Source: Mobula birostris
Lineage: Eukaryota
Length of the DNA: 64,000 bases
Reading direction: 5' to 3'
NCBI RefSeq assembly: GCF_030028105.1
Contig: NC_092371.1
Location: forward strand, 190,152,031 to 190,216,030
Shown piece by piece: positions 62,315 to 64,000 of the stretch; position 1 is the first letter of the stretch, and every line of letters begins with the position of its first letter. Below the pieces are notes generated by a model that did no database searches, was not told where the DNA came from, and saw nothing but the letters and a program-made list of their open reading frames with translations. The translations under genes were made by a program, and so were the position numbers.

Positions 62315-63115
62315 TAAGACTATAAGACATGGGAGCAGAATTAGGCCATTCAGCCCATCGAGTCTGTTGCGACATTCCATGGCTGATCCCAGATCTCACT
62401 CAACCCTATACACCTGCCTTCTTGCCATATCCTTTAATGTCCTGACCTATCAGGAAACGATCAACTTCCAATTTAAATATACCCACAGACCTGGCCTCTG
62501 CTGCAGTCAGTGGCAGAGCATTCGACAGATACACTACTCTGTAGTTTTTTTTTAAAAAAAGTCCACCTTACCCCTGTTCTAAAAGATCACCCCTCAGTTT
62601 TGAGGCTGTGTCCTCTAGTTCTGGATACCCCCACCAGAGGAAACATCCTCTCCACGACCACCTTATCTAGTCCTTTCAACATTCGATAGGTTTCAATGAG
62701 TTCCCCCTGCATTCTTCTAAATTCCAGTGAGTACAGGCCCAAAGCTGCCAAATGCTCCTCATCTTCATTGCTGAAATCATCCTCGTGAACCTCCTCTGGA
62801 CTCTCTCCAATGACAACACATCCTTTCTGAGATCTGGGCTCCTAATCTGTTGACAATACTCCATGTGCAGCCTCGCCAGTGTCTTACAAAGGCTCAGCAT
62901 TATCTCCTTGCTTTTATATTCTATTCCCCTTGAAATAGATGCCAACATTGCATTTGCTGCCTTTACCACAGACTCAACCTGTAAATTAACCTTCTGGGAG
63001 TCTTGCACGAGGAATCCTAAGTCCCTCTGCACTTCTGATGTTTGAATTTTCTCCCTATTTAGCTAATGGTTTGCATTAATTATTCCTTTTACCAAAATGC
63101 AGTATCATACATTTC
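62315..63115 (-). mobile_element. CR1 3' fragment
   Basis: taagactataagacatgggagcag tail; QRDLG..V..S.KVNLQV...LERVQRRFTRMI. Confidence 0.85.
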
Positions 63116-63584
63116 CTTTTGGTCTAATTCTGTAACTGAAATTCCTCATCTTTAGGGCATTCTGGTTTTATATTTGCATTTATAAAATGTGCTAAATTAC
63201 TAAAATTTAACTATGTAGCCTTGAAACCTGGCCTTTACAAATATTTTACATGATGCAGTAAAACTCTGAAATGACAAAATATTTGAAATTTCTGAATCCT
63301 CAGATATAGCACTTATTTGTTATAATGGTGTATTTTATGTGTCTGTATCGTTACTGAAATGATGAGCTTGGAATTGACCATTTGTGTCTCTACAACAATA
63401 TTTGAAGCTTGGACAAAGCAATATGTCCATAACCTTGTGAAAACTTACTGAACTATTAAACCAAGGGTTACTAGTTCTAAACCAGGGGTTAGAACAAAGG
63501 ACACAATGGAAAATCCTGGCAACTCTAGACAATGTTTCTCACCTGCTGCATGCCACCTTGGCTGAACATAGGAGCATTTTTAGT

Positions 63585-63802
63585 AATAGACTGCTCCGAA
63601 GAGCCAGTATGTGAAATGACTCTTACCCTTGGCCATTAGGCTGTGTAATGAGTCAACCTGTAGCTGGGGAAGTGATGACCCCCTTCTATTAAACTGTTGT
63701 AACTTATTCTTTATTCTTTCTATGTCTCTTCTAATATTTGTGTATCTTTGCTCTTGTGACCCTGTAATTTCCTTTGCGATCAATAAAGTGTCTGTCTGTC
63801 TT
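63585..63802 (+). mobile_element. Rex1/Babar 3' end
   Basis: LPLAIRLCN; taatttcctttgcgatcaataaag plus (tgtc)n tail. Confidence 0.7.
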
Positions 63803-64000
63803 TCTACTAAGAGAAATCACTGGGCATGCAGTTACTCATGACCTTACACTACACCCTCCTTTCTGGCAAATTTGTATTTTTTTATATTTTTCATTTTCTA
63901 ATTTAGGGTCTTTGCTGCAAAATTGCACTTGCACTTGTTAACCAAATGTTTTAGGATTGTAAAATGGATACCCATTTTCTTTTGACCTGAGTTAAATAGT

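Overview
Eukaryotic, repeat-rich vertebrate DNA. The repeat spectrum (CR1 LINEs with SGNH-esterase ORF1, Neptune-type Penelope-like elements, Rex1/Babar, tRNA/Deu SINEs) suggests a cartilaginous fish, probably a ray; this is inference. I recognise no intact host protein-coding gene. Roughly half of the window is decayed, often nested, transposons, and there are two N-gaps. A CpG-rich promoter-like region at ~52.4-54.2 kb carries a probable + strand first exon (donor at 53494/53495) followed by a TE-poor intron. The most notable signal is a recurring Penelope-like insertion architecture. Four separate insertions (0.2, 0.4, 2.1 and 3.7 kb) each consist of two head-to-head arms with element 3' ends facing outward, bounded by one 11-15 bp target-site duplication. 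Each has one 'long' and one ~35-50 nt 'shorter' terminus, and minimal hammerhead ribozyme motifs lie 65-110 nt inside the ends. Family assignments come from motif recognition by eye, not database searches.
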